This document shows, in pieces, positions 16,226-22,908 of a stretch of DNA of 22,908 bases; within the stretch, counting starts at the first letter, position 1; every line of letters begins with the position of its first letter. Both the position numbers and the translations under genes were made by a program. Below the pieces are notes generated by a model. The model was not told the DNA's origin. It made no database searches and was given only the letters and a program-made list of their open reading frames with translations. The DNA is from a virus. Its lineage: Duplodnaviria > Heunggongvirae > Uroviricota > Caudoviricetes. The stretch is taken from IMG/VR virus record IMGVR_UViG_2875703104_000003. One strand, 5' to 3'.

Positions 16226-16435
16226 CCCATCTCAATCCCTTCAATACCTGAAAGAAAGCATAGAGCGGGCTTCAATGTGCACAGAGTGGATTCTATCTAG
16301 GTTTAGCGCATACAGAAGATTGCCGGTAAAGGGCATGCCAAGCAAGTCGATGCTGCATATGCAAAAGAATGCGCGCTGGAAGGTATGGCGAGAACACAGG
16401 TTATGTGGCTGAAAGAGGGGGTTATTAAGGCGTGA
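16218..16435 (+). pseudogene. ninF-like 5' fragment fused out of frame to the 3' end of a second gene upstream of rusA (YbcO-like by position)
   Basis: Frame A (ATG 16218) starts '[17 protein letters not shown]', which is NinF-like, then diverges. A second frame encodes '[42 protein letters not shown]' with its stop overlapping the rusA GTG start (GTGA), but with in-frame stops upstream. Reads as a mosaic junction or frameshift. Confidence 0.4.
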
Positions 16436-16794
16436 ATACCTACAGCATCACATTACCCTGGCCTCCGAGCAATAATCGCTATTACCGCCATAATCGCGGG
16501 CGCACGCACGTCAGCGCAGAGGGGCAGGCATACCGCGATAACGTCGCCCGAATCATTAAAAACGCAATGCTGGATATCGGCCTGGCTATGCCTGTGAAAA
16601 TCCGCATTGAGTGCCACATGCCGGATCGCCGTCGCCGTGACCTGGATAATCTGCAAAAAGCCGCTTTTGACGCACTCACTAAAGCAGGTTTCTGGCTGGA
16701 TGATGCTCAGGTCGTTGATTACCGCGTTGTGAAGATGCCTGTTACCAAAGGTGGGAGGCTGGAACTGACCATCACCGAAATGGGGAATGAATGA
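16432..16794 (+). CDS. rusA: RusA Holliday-junction resolvase
   Basis: 120 aa '[120 protein letters not shown]' matches E. coli DLP12 RusA from memory. GTG start. Confidence 0.9.
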   Translation: MNTYSITLPWPPSNNRYYRHNRGRTHVSAEGQAYRDNVARIIKNAMLDIGLAMPVKIRIECHMPDRRRRDLDNLQKAAFDALTKAGFWLDDAQVVDYRVVKMPVTKGGRLELTITEMGNE

Positions 16795-16931
16795 TGTTTG
16801 AGTTTAATATGGCAGAACTTCTTCGCCACCGCTGGGGGCGTCTGCGCTTATATCGTTTCCTCGGTTCTGTTTTGACCGATTACCGAATACTGAAGAATTA
16901 CGCCAAAACCCTGACAGGAACAGGAGTATGA
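16791..16931 (+). CDS. ylcG: YlcG-like small protein
   Basis: Hand-translated 46 aa '[46 protein letters not shown]'. Start overlaps the rusA stop (ATGA). Same position as ylcG in DLP12. Confidence 0.55.
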   Translation: MMFEFNMAELLRHRWGRLRLYRFLGSVLTDYRILKNYAKTLTGTGV

Positions 16932-17016
16932 AGTCAGAGATAACAATCAACTAATACTGTTTTGTTGATTTTTGCTTGTAATTGGCGTTCTGGTCTGATT
17001 TTTGTGGAGTAAGTTG

Positions 17017-17550
17017 ATGCGTGATATTCAGATGGTTCTTGAGCGTTGGGGTGCGTGGGCGGCTAATAATCATGAAGATGTGACCTGGTCGTCCATTGCC
17101 GCCGGTTTTAAGGGATTAATTCCTTCAAAAGTAAAATCTCGCCCGCAATGTTGTGACGATGACGCGATGATCATTTGCGGGTGCATGGCCCGTCTGAAAA
17201 AGAACAACAGCGATTTACACGATTTATTAGTAGANNNNNNNNNNNNNNNNNNNNNTTTTAAGGGATTAATTCCTTCAAAAGTAAAATCTCGCCCGCAATG
17301 TTGTGACGATGACGCGATGATCATTTGCGGGTGCATGGCCCGTCTGAAAAAGAACAACAGCGATTTACACGATTTATTAGTAGATTATTATGTATGTGGT
17401 ATGACATTCATGTCACTGGCAAGTAAGCATTGCTGCTCGGATGGTTATATCGGGAAAAGGTTACAGAAGGCTGAGGGCATAATTGAAGGGATGTTAATGG
17501 CATTAGATATCCGGTTAGATATGGATATCGTTGCTAATAATTCTAATTGA
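17017..17550 (+). CDS. Q: Late-gene antiterminator Q (phage 82 / QuuD type); length inflated by an assembly duplication
   Basis: ATG at 17017 with GGAG RBS. '[76 protein letters not shown]...[14 protein letters not shown]' matches QuuD-type Q. The CDS contains the 21-N run 17235..17255 flanked by a duplicated block of about 129 bp; the real gene is about 127 codons. Confidence 0.85.
   Translation: MRDIQMVLERWGAWAANNHEDVTWSSIAAGFKGLIPSKVKSRPQCCDDDAMIICGCMARLKKNNSDLHDLLVXXXXXXXXFKGLIPSKVKSRPQCCDDDAMIICGCMARLKKNNSDLHDLLVDYYVCGMTFMSLASKHCCSDGYIGKRLQKAEGIIEGMLMALDIRLDMDIVANNSN
17235..17255. other. Assembly spacer (21 N) flanked by a duplicated block of about 129 bp
   Basis: 17106..17234 is repeated exactly at 17256..17384. 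Confidence 0.9.
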
Positions 17551-17691
17551 TATGCAATTGTTTACTAAAAGTTATTAAAAATGGGGCGTGGAAACGCCCC
17601 CAAAATAAAGGGTAATATATAACAGAAGGTTTATATAGTAAGAAGCAAGGTAGTGCTTCTAAAGGAAGTGGCTTGAGGGCTCCACTTATAT
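17551..17691 (+). promoter_or_regulatory. Probable pR' late promoter / Q-utilisation region with structured leader
   Basis: AT-rich sequence immediately after Q with hairpins GGGGCGT-GGAA-ACGCCCC (about 17583..17600) and GAAGC-AAGGTAGT-GCTTC (about 17642..17659), followed by the terminator at 17692. Placement is by analogy to lambda pR'-qut-tR'; -10/-35 elements not resolved. Confidence 0.4.
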
Positions 17692-17727
17692 GTTGCGGAG
17701 GCAAAGCCTCCCGCAACATATCTTTTT
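17692..17727 (+). terminator. Rho-independent terminator (tR'-like)
   Basis: Stem GTTGCGGAGG / CCTCCCGCAAC with loop CAAAG, followed by ATATCTTTTT. Lies between Q and the 3' end of the convergent porin gene. Confidence 0.6.
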
Positions 17728-17738
17728 CGTAAGTCAGA

Positions 17739-18821
17739 TTAGAACTGATAAACCAGACCTACAGCGACGATGTCGTCGGTATCAATACCAGCTGTTTTGG
17801 TAAACTTACTATCGTCAATTAAGTTGATTTTGTAATCAACAAAAGTGGACATGTTTTTATTAAAGTAGTAAGTAGCACCGACATCGACATACTTGACTAA
17901 GTCTCGGTCACCATGAACACCAAGGTCTTTACCTTTTGACTGAAGGTAAGCAACAGATGGNCGCAGACCGAAGTCAAACTGATATTGTGCTACTGCTTCA
18001 AAGTTTTGTGCTTTGTTTGCAATATGGTTATTANCAAAAACGGTCATATTCTGAGTTTCAGAATATGTGGTAGCCAGATAGATATTGTTCGCATCATATT
18101 TCAGGCCTGCAGCCCATACTTCCGCATTTTTGCCGGAGGCATTGAATTTGCTCTTACCATAGGCGACCTGACCGTCAGTGCGATCTGATTTAGCATAGGT
18201 TGCACCCACGCCGAATCCTTCATACTCATAAGTAGTGGAGAAACCGAAACCATCACCATTGGCTTCAGTTACGTCAGTGCGGTCATTTTTACCCTGATAC
18301 TGAGCAGCAAAGTTCAGGCCATCGACCAGACCAAAGAAGTCGTTGTTACGATAAGTTGCAACACCAGTAGTGCGACCAGTCATGAACACATCTGTTTGGG
18401 TCCAGGTATCACCACCGAATTCTGGCAGNACGTCAGTCCACGCACCGATGTCGTATGCTACACCGTAGTTACGGCCGTAATCGATTGAGCCGTAATCACC
18501 AAATTTCAGGCCTGCAAATGCAAGACGGGTTTTGTCTTTGGAAGAACCTTGAGATTCAGCACGGTTGCCTTTGAATTCATATTCCCACTGACCGAAACCA
18601 GTCAGTTGATCGTTGATTTGGGTTTCACCTTTGAAGCCAAGACGGGCATAAGTAGTATCACCATCATCTGCATCATTAGAGGAGAAGTAGTGCTTGGCAT
18701 TAACTTTCCCGTATAGATCCAGCTTGTTACTGTCTTTATTATAAATTTCAGCTGCCTGAGCAGACATCGCCATCAGTACTGATGCAGCTACAGCAGAAAT
18801 TGCCACTGTTAATTTTTTCAT
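17739..18821 (-). CDS. nmpC: Outer-membrane general porin, NmpC/OmpD-like (prophage cargo)
   Basis: 360 aa with signal peptide '[23 protein letters not shown]', '[24 protein letters not shown]...' and C-terminal '...VGLVYQF'. Matches NmpC from memory. Contains 3 single-N base calls (17961, 18034, 18429). Convergent with Q. Confidence 0.9.
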   Translation of the reverse strand: MKKLTVAISAVAASVLMAMSAQAAEIYNKDSNKLDLYGKVNAKHYFSSNDADDGDTTYARLGFKGETQINDQLTGFGQWEYEFKGNRAESQGSSKDKTRLAFAGLKFGDYGSIDYGRNYGVAYDIGAWTDXLPEFGGDTWTQTDVFMTGRTTGVATYRNNDFFGLVDGLNFAAQYQGKNDRTDVTEANGDGFGFSTTYEYEGFGVGATYAKSDRTDGQVAYGKSKFNASGKNAEVWAAGLKYDANNIYLATTYSETQNMTVFXNNHIANKAQNFEAVAQYQFDFGLXPSVAYLQSKGKDLGVHGDRDLVKYVDVGATYYFNKNMSTFVDYKINLIDDSKFTKTAGIDTDDIVAVGLVYQF

Positions 18822-18837
18822 TGTACGCCCTTTTTTT

Positions 18838-18937
18838 NNNNNNNNNNNNNNNNNNNNNNNNNNNNNNNNNNNNNNNNNNNNNNNNNNNNNNNNNNNNNNN
18901 NNNNNNNNNNNNNNNNNNNNNNNNNNNNNNNNNNNNN
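18838..18937. other. Scaffold gap (100 N) with no flanking duplication
   Basis: Run of exactly 100 N. Left flank is 16 nt upstream of the porin start; right flank is the interior of a tail-fiber gene. Unknown length of sequence is missing. Confidence 0.95.
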
Positions 18938-21031
18938 GGCGCCATGACGGAAGATGATGTCATGCCGGAGGCACTGCGCCGTTTTGAGCTGATGGTGAAT
19001 GAAGTGGCACGTCATGCCGGAGCATCATCACAGAGCGCAGCGGCAGCAAAGAAATCCGAAACTGCTGCGGCATCATCGAAGAACGCGGCGAAAACCTCAG
19101 AAACGAATGCAGCTAACAGCGCACAGGCGGCAGCGGCCTCGCAGACTGCATCGGCAAACTCCGCGACAGCAGCCAAAAAATCAGAAACCAGCGCGAAAAA
19201 CAGCGAGACAGCCACAAAGGCCAGCGAAAAAAACGCAAAATCCAGCCAGACGGCAGCGAAAACCAGTGAGACGAATGCCAAAGACAGTGAAGCCAACGCA
19301 AAGGTGAGCGAAACAGCGGCGGCGAACTCGGCGAAAGCATCGGCAGCAAGCCAGACGGCAGCAAAAGCAAGTGAAGATGCTGCCAGAGAATACGCAAACC
19401 AGACAGCAGAGCCGTACAGATATGTTTTACAGCCGCTGCCGGATGTGTGGATACCCTTTAATGATTCGCTGGATATGATTACGGGCTATTCTCCGGGTTA
19501 TAAAAAAGTGAAGATTGGTGATAATGTGGTTCAGGTTGCCAGTGATAAACAGGTTAATTTCAGTCGCGCATCAACGGCAACATATATCAACAAATCTGGC
19601 GAACTGAAAACGGCGGAAATTAATGAGCCACGATTTGAGTGTGATGGCCTGCTTATTGAGGGGCAAAGAACGAACTTCTTCCCGAACAGTACAGACCCTT
19701 CGAAGTGGAATAAGTCAACTTCACTGGACGTTACAGAAACAGGCACAGATAGTTTCGGGTTTAATTATGGCCGGTTTGTCGTACAGGATTCGATTGTTGG
19801 TACAAGTAAAGCGCATACCATTATCGGACTGTATTCGAGTACCGGAGGGGTTGATACTTCAGGGGACGAAAAGCATGTAACTATATCCTGTCGGGTAAAA
19901 AGTGAAGTTGATAATATCGCCGTTCGTATTTTATTTGAACATTATGATGGGGAGGTAAGGACATCAATAGGAGCAGCAAACCTGAACCTTACCACCCGCA
20001 TAATTAGCAAGACAGGTCAGACAAGCCGTGTTACAGCAAGGTCTGTTAAGGATGATGCAACTGGCTGGATATTTTTTGAGGCTACATTAAAAGCAGATAC
20101 AACAGAAAATACGGTTGGTGGTTTTGTCCAGTATTCTCCGGATACAGGNNNNNNNNNNNNNNNNNNNNNGACAAGCCGTGTTACAGCAAGGTCTGTTAAG
20201 GATGATGCAACTGGCTGGATATTTTTTGAGGCTACATTAAAAGCAGATACAACAGAAAATACGGTTGGTGGTTTTGTCCAGTATTCTCCGGATACAGGGC
20301 AGATGGTTACATCAGGGGATTATCTCGATGTAACCACTCCACAGATTGAGGCTGGTACAGGCGCATCATCTTTTATTGTTACGGGGACGGCACCGGCAAC
20401 GCGGGCAAGCGATATGGTGACAGTCCCAATCAAGAATAACCTTTATAATCTTCCTTTTACGGTTCTTTGTGAGGTACATAAGAACTGGTATAAAACGCCA
20501 AATGTAGCGCCGCGTGTTTTTGATACCGGCGGTCATCAAACCGGAGCGGGGATCGTAATGGGGTTTGGTTCATCAGGTGGGTACGACGGTTTTCCGTATT
20601 GCGATATAGGTGGTTCAGACCGACGAATAAATGAAAATGCCGGGCTGGAAAAAATGCTTATTGGTATGCGGGTAAAGTCCGAACGGTCCACATGTGTAGT
20701 CAGTAACGGTAAGTTAAGCAGCGAAACTAAAACCAAATGGGNNNNNNNNNNNNNNNNNNNNNGTTCAGACCGACGAATAAATGAAAATGCCGGGCTGGAA
20801 AAAATGCTTATTGGTATGCGGGTAAAGTCCGAACGGTCCACATGTGTAGTCAGTAACGGTAAGTTAAGCAGCGAAACTAAAACCAAATGGGAATATATCC
20901 GGAGTACAGCAACCATTCGCATTGGTGGACAAACTACAGCAGGATTACGCCATTTATTTGGGCATGTGAGGAATTTTCGTCTCTGGCATAAAGAGCTAAC
21001 AGATGCGCAGCTTGGGGAGGTTGTGGAGTGA
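18938..21031 (+). CDS. stf: Side tail fiber protein (Stf-like), 5'-truncated by the scaffold gap; contains two assembly duplications
   Basis: 'AMTEDDVMPEALRRFELMVNEVARHA' parallels lambda Stf 'AMTEDDARPEVLRRLELMVEEVARNA' (about residue 100 of Stf), followed by the typical K/S/E/T/A-rich repeats (AAKKSETAAASSKNAAKTSETNA...). The C-terminal half differs from lambda Stf. Contains the N runs 20149..20169 and 20742..20762 with flanking duplications. Confidence 0.8.
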   Translation, partial: GAMTEDDVMPEALRRFELMVNEVARHAGASSQSAAAAKKSETAAASSKNAAKTSETNAANSAQAAAASQTASANSATAAKKSETSAKNSETATKASEKNAKSSQTAAKTSETNAKDSEANAKVSETAAANSAKASAASQTAAKASEDAAREYANQTAEPYRYVLQPLPDVWIPFNDSLDMITGYSPGYKKVKIGDNVVQVASDKQVNFSRASTATYINKSGELKTAEINEPRFECDGLLIEGQRTNFFPNSTDPSKWNKSTSLDVTETGTDSFGFNYGRFVVQDSIVGTSKAHTIIGLYSSTGGVDTSGDEKHVTISCRVKSEVDNIAVRILFEHYDGEVRTSIGAANLNLTTRIISKTGQTSRVTARSVKDDATGWIFFEATLKADTTENTVGGFVQYSPDTXXXXXXXXTSRVTARSVKDDATGWIFFEATLKADTTENTVGGFVQYSPDTGQMVTSGDYLDVTTPQIEAGTGASSFIVTGTAPATRASDMVTVPIKNNLYNLPFTVLCEVHKNWYKTPNVAPRVFDTGGHQTGAGIVMGFGSSGGYDGFPYCDIGGSDRRINENAGLEKMLIGMRVKSERSTCVVSNGKLSSETKTKWXXXXXXXXSDRRINENAGLEKMLIGMRVKSERSTCVVSNGKLSSETKTKWEYIRSTATIRIGGQTTAGLRHLFGHVRNFRLWHKELTDAQLGEVVE
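20149..20169. other. Assembly spacer (21 N) flanked by a duplicated block
   Basis: About 20020..20148 is repeated exactly at 20170..20298. Confidence 0.9.
20742..20762. other. Assembly spacer (21 N) flanked by a duplicated block
   Basis: The sequence before the N run (ending ...AACCAAATGGG) recurs after it (GTTCAGACCGACG...AACCAAATGGG). Confidence 0.9.
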
Positions 21032-21456
21032 GAGATTTCACGTTGCGTTTCAGTGATAAAGCAGATTTCAGGGCATTTCTCAGGAAACTTAACTGGGAAG
21101 AGGACGAAGAGCTGCAGAATGCCGTTCTGGTTGATGAGATTGGTTTTACGTTCAGGGAGACAGATGTTTCTGATGACGGAGAACCAGAATACACGCGAAA
21201 CGAAGGGTACTTTGTTAATATCCGTCTTCTTGACGNNNNNNNNNNNNNNNNNNNNNAAGAGCTGCAGAATGCCGTTCTGGTTGATGAGATTGGTTTTACG
21301 TTCAGGGAGACAGATGTTTCTGATGACGGAGAACCAGAATACACGCGAAACGAAGGGTACTTTGTTAATATCCGTCTTCTTGACGATGGATTTGAGGATT
21401 CCGTGTTCCGTGAGTGGGTGGTTACACCAGAGCGCCCGCTCAGGGAGTGGTTTTAA
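21028..21456 (+). CDS. Hypothetical small protein immediately downstream of stf (tfa position but not Tfa-like); inflated by an assembly duplication
   Basis: GTG start overlaps the stf stop (GTGA). De-duplicated product is about 92 aa: 'MRDFTLRFSDKADFRAFLRKLNWEEDEELQNAVLVDEIGFTFRETDVSDDGEPEYTRNEGYFVNIRLLDDGFEDSVFREWVVTPERPLREWF'. Acidic. Confidence 0.45.
   Translation: MRDFTLRFSDKADFRAFLRKLNWEEDEELQNAVLVDEIGFTFRETDVSDDGEPEYTRNEGYFVNIRLLDXXXXXXXXELQNAVLVDEIGFTFRETDVSDDGEPEYTRNEGYFVNIRLLDDGFEDSVFREWVVTPERPLREWF
21236..21256. other. Assembly spacer (21 N) flanked by a duplicated block
   Basis: About 21109..21235 is repeated exactly after the N run. Confidence 0.9.
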
Positions 21457-21465
21457 GGATAGCAG

Positions 21466-21759
21466 ATGGATATCACGTCGATACTTCATGCGCTTTGTGC
21501 CGTGGCGGTGCAGGTACTGGCTGGTCTTTTTACCGGAAACTGGGCTTACGGGGCGATAGCCGGTTGTACGTTCTTCATTGCGCGTGAACACACCCAGGCA
21601 GAATATCGCTGGATTGAAATGTTCGGGCATGGCAAGCGGATTAACATGCCGTGGTGGGGCGGTTTTGATCCACGTGCATGGGATGTGGCAAGCCTGATGG
21701 ATTTTGCTGTGCCGGTGGTGGCGTGTCTGCTGGTCTGGCTGTTGGTTAATCGTGGGTGA
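21466..21759 (+). CDS. Hypothetical small membrane protein
   Basis: ATG at 21466 with AAGGA RBS. 97 aa with hydrophobic segments 'ILHALCAVAVQVLAGLF', 'YGAIAGCTFFIA' and 'LMDFAVPVVACLLVWLLV'. Confidence 0.5.
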   Translation: MDITSILHALCAVAVQVLAGLFTGNWAYGAIAGCTFFIAREHTQAEYRWIEMFGHGKRINMPWWGGFDPRAWDVASLMDFAVPVVACLLVWLLVNRG

Positions 21760-21768
21760 AAAAGGTGA

Positions 21769-21897
21769 GCAGTATATGCAACGAAGGAGGAAACATCATT
21801 GCTGGCGGCATGGAAGGCATGCAGGGTGTTGCTGAACCGTGTTGATACATCAACTGCACCTGATATTGAGTGGCCTACGAACCCTGTCAGGGAGTAA
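21769..21897 (+). pseudogene. tfa: Tail fiber assembly protein (Tfa) C-terminal remnant
   Basis: Hand translation: '[42 protein letters not shown]', matching the conserved Tfa C-terminus. No start codon; preceded by in-frame stops. Confidence 0.6.
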
Positions 21898-21951
21898 TCA
21901 TTGGGATTATGCCGCAGCACGTCTTAAGCAAGAACGTGCTGCGGTTGGATG

Positions 21952-22758
21952 CTATTTTTTCCCTGAAGCGGAAAACATTACTACAGTACCTTGAATCTTG
22001 GTTTTAACATTCTCGAAATGCTCTGAGAGTATATGTGTTAAGCCTTCTTCGGAATCTTTTGTGTTTGAAAAGATGCCTTTCTGATTGTAAATGCGCATCA
22101 GTTTTTGACCGAAGCTATTGTGCACAACGCCGTCANNNNNNNNNNNNNNNNNNNNNACATTCTCGAAATGCTCTGAGAGTATATGTGTTAAGCCTTCTTC
22201 GGAATCTTTTGTGTTTGAAAAGATGCCTTTCTGATTGTAAATGCGCATCAGTTTTTGACCGAAGCTATTGTGCACAACGCCGTCACCAAGAATTGTGGCT
22301 CCGTATAGAGTTCCATCGTCAGTTAAGGCCTGCGCCGCATTGCGTATTACACAGCTTTTTGTAGATATATTTCCAGGCAGGCAGTGAAGAAGGTAAAACA
22401 TGGAAATGGAATCAAATTGACCATGTAACGCCGCGGGATAAGGATCAAAAACATCATGGCTAATTTTATGTTTAATTTTTGANTCCCCAGCCCTTGTCGA
22501 TGCCGCGTTCAGGCTAGCTTCGTTCAAATCCATTAAAGATATCAGACTNCTCTCAGGTACGTGAGTAAGGTAAAACCCAGTTCCAACGCCAATATCCAGA
22601 TGGTTGTTACCTAAATGTTCCAGAAAGTGTGGAAGAAGGTGTTCCTTTGTAGGACATCCCCATGCAAGCCGATTTGATACTCCCAAAACCCACCAGTCAT
22701 AAAGCTTTAGGGTAAGTGGTGTGTAAATTTTAGCCCCATCATCTGTGTTTTTTTTCAT
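21952..22758 (-). CDS. Class I SAM-dependent methyltransferase, substrate unknown; inflated by an assembly duplication; at contig edge
   Basis: ATG at 22756-22758. Contains the SAM-binding motif 'LDIGVGTGFYL'. Contains the N run 22136..22156 with a flanking duplication and two single-N calls (22483, 22549). The track ORF reaches 22908 only because the 5' end is duplicated after the N run 22761..22781. Confidence 0.65.
   Translation of the reverse strand: MKKNTDDGAKIYTPLTLKLYDWWVLGVSNRLAWGCPTKEHLLPHFLEHLGNNHLDIGVGTGFYLTHVPEXSLISLMDLNEASLNAASTRAGXSKIKHKISHDVFDPYPAALHGQFDSISMFYLLHCLPGNISTKSCVIRNAAQALTDDGTLYGATILGDGVVHNSFGQKLMRIYNQKGIFSNTKDSEEGLTHILSEHFENXXXXXXXXDGVVHNSFGQKLMRIYNQKGIFSNTKDSEEGLTHILSEHFENVKTKIQGTVVMFSASGKK
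22136..22156. other. Assembly spacer (21 N) flanked by a duplicated block
   Basis: About 22009..22135 is repeated exactly at 22157..22283. Confidence 0.9.
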
Positions 22759-22760
22759 TA

Positions 22761-22781
22761 NNNNNNNNNNNNNNNNNNNNN
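22761..22781. other. Assembly spacer (21 N) followed by a duplicated block running to the window end
   Basis: 22632..22758 is repeated exactly at 22782..22908. Confidence 0.9.
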
Positions 22782-22908
22782 GAAGAAGGTGTTCCTTTGT
22801 AGGACATCCCCATGCAAGCCGATTTGATACTCCCAAAACCCACCAGTCATAAAGCTTTAGGGTAAGTGGTGTGTAAATTTTAGCCCCATCATCTGTGTTT
22901 TTTTTCAT

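Larger units (their letters stand above)
1..18837. mobile_element. Lambdoid prophage, left arm through Q and porin (integration, recombination, immunity, replication, nin region)
   Basis: Gene order and content match the lambda early region from int to Q; several proteins match lambda or DLP12 proteins from memory. Right boundary is the 100-N scaffold gap; left boundary (att site) lies outside the window. Confidence 0.9.
18938..21897. mobile_element. Prophage late-region fragment (tail fiber end and tfa locus)
   Basis: Contains the 3' part of a side tail fiber gene and a Tfa C-terminal remnant. The stretch beyond 21897 (a reverse-strand methyltransferase) is of uncertain affiliation. Confidence 0.7.

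Noticed and set aside
17106-17384. Apparent tandem duplication inside Q (and five similar cases further right)
   Set aside because: Each is an exact repeat flanking a 21-N run, typical of unmerged contig overlaps; not a biological repeat or gene duplication.
17551-17738. Possible tRNA or small RNA gene after Q
   Set aside because: The hairpins fit a pR'/qut leader and terminator rather than a tRNA cloverleaf; no tRNA acceptor/anticodon architecture was recognisable by eye.
18999-19307. 102-aa ORF rich in Arg/Pro/Gln (MKWHVMPEHHHRAQRQQRNPKLL...)
   Set aside because: It is an alternative frame of the K/S/E/T/A repeat region of the tail fiber gene; low-complexity codon repeats give open frames in several phases.
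20536-21630. 364-aa reverse-strand ORF
   Set aside because: Antisense to the tail fiber gene and downstream ORFs, and spans two assembly duplications; no independent signals.
21546-21920. 124-aa reverse-strand ORF over the membrane-protein ORF and Tfa remnant
   Set aside because: The forward strand carries a recognisable Tfa C-terminus and an ORF with RBS; the reverse frame has no support.

Overview
This window is a draft-assembly scaffold of an enterobacterial (E. coli-type) lambdoid prophage, read by eye without any database search. On the minus strand it carries the left operon: int, xis, a block of Ea-type accessory genes, exo, bet, gam, kil, cIII, ea10, ral and an N-like antiterminator, with sieB on the plus strand. 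The immunity region has a hybrid cI (lambda-like C-terminal domain, non-lambda N-terminal domain) followed by an uncharacterized two-gene cassette sitting exactly where lambda carries rexA-rexB; this is the best candidate for an undescribed system. Rightward follow cro, cII, O (with ori iterons), P, ren, ninB, a Dam-like N6-adenine methyltransferase, ninE, a ninF-like remnant, rusA, ylcG and Q, then a convergent nmpC-like porin. A 100-N scaffold gap removes the lysis and morphogenesis genes. After it comes a 5'-truncated side tail fiber gene, two small ORFs in the tfa position, a Tfa C-terminal remnant and a SAM-dependent methyltransferase at the contig edge. Six 21-N runs are each flanked by an exact duplication of about 127-129 bp; these are assembly artifacts and inflate several ORFs in the supplied track. 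All homology statements are from memory of lambda and DLP12 proteins and need confirmation by search.
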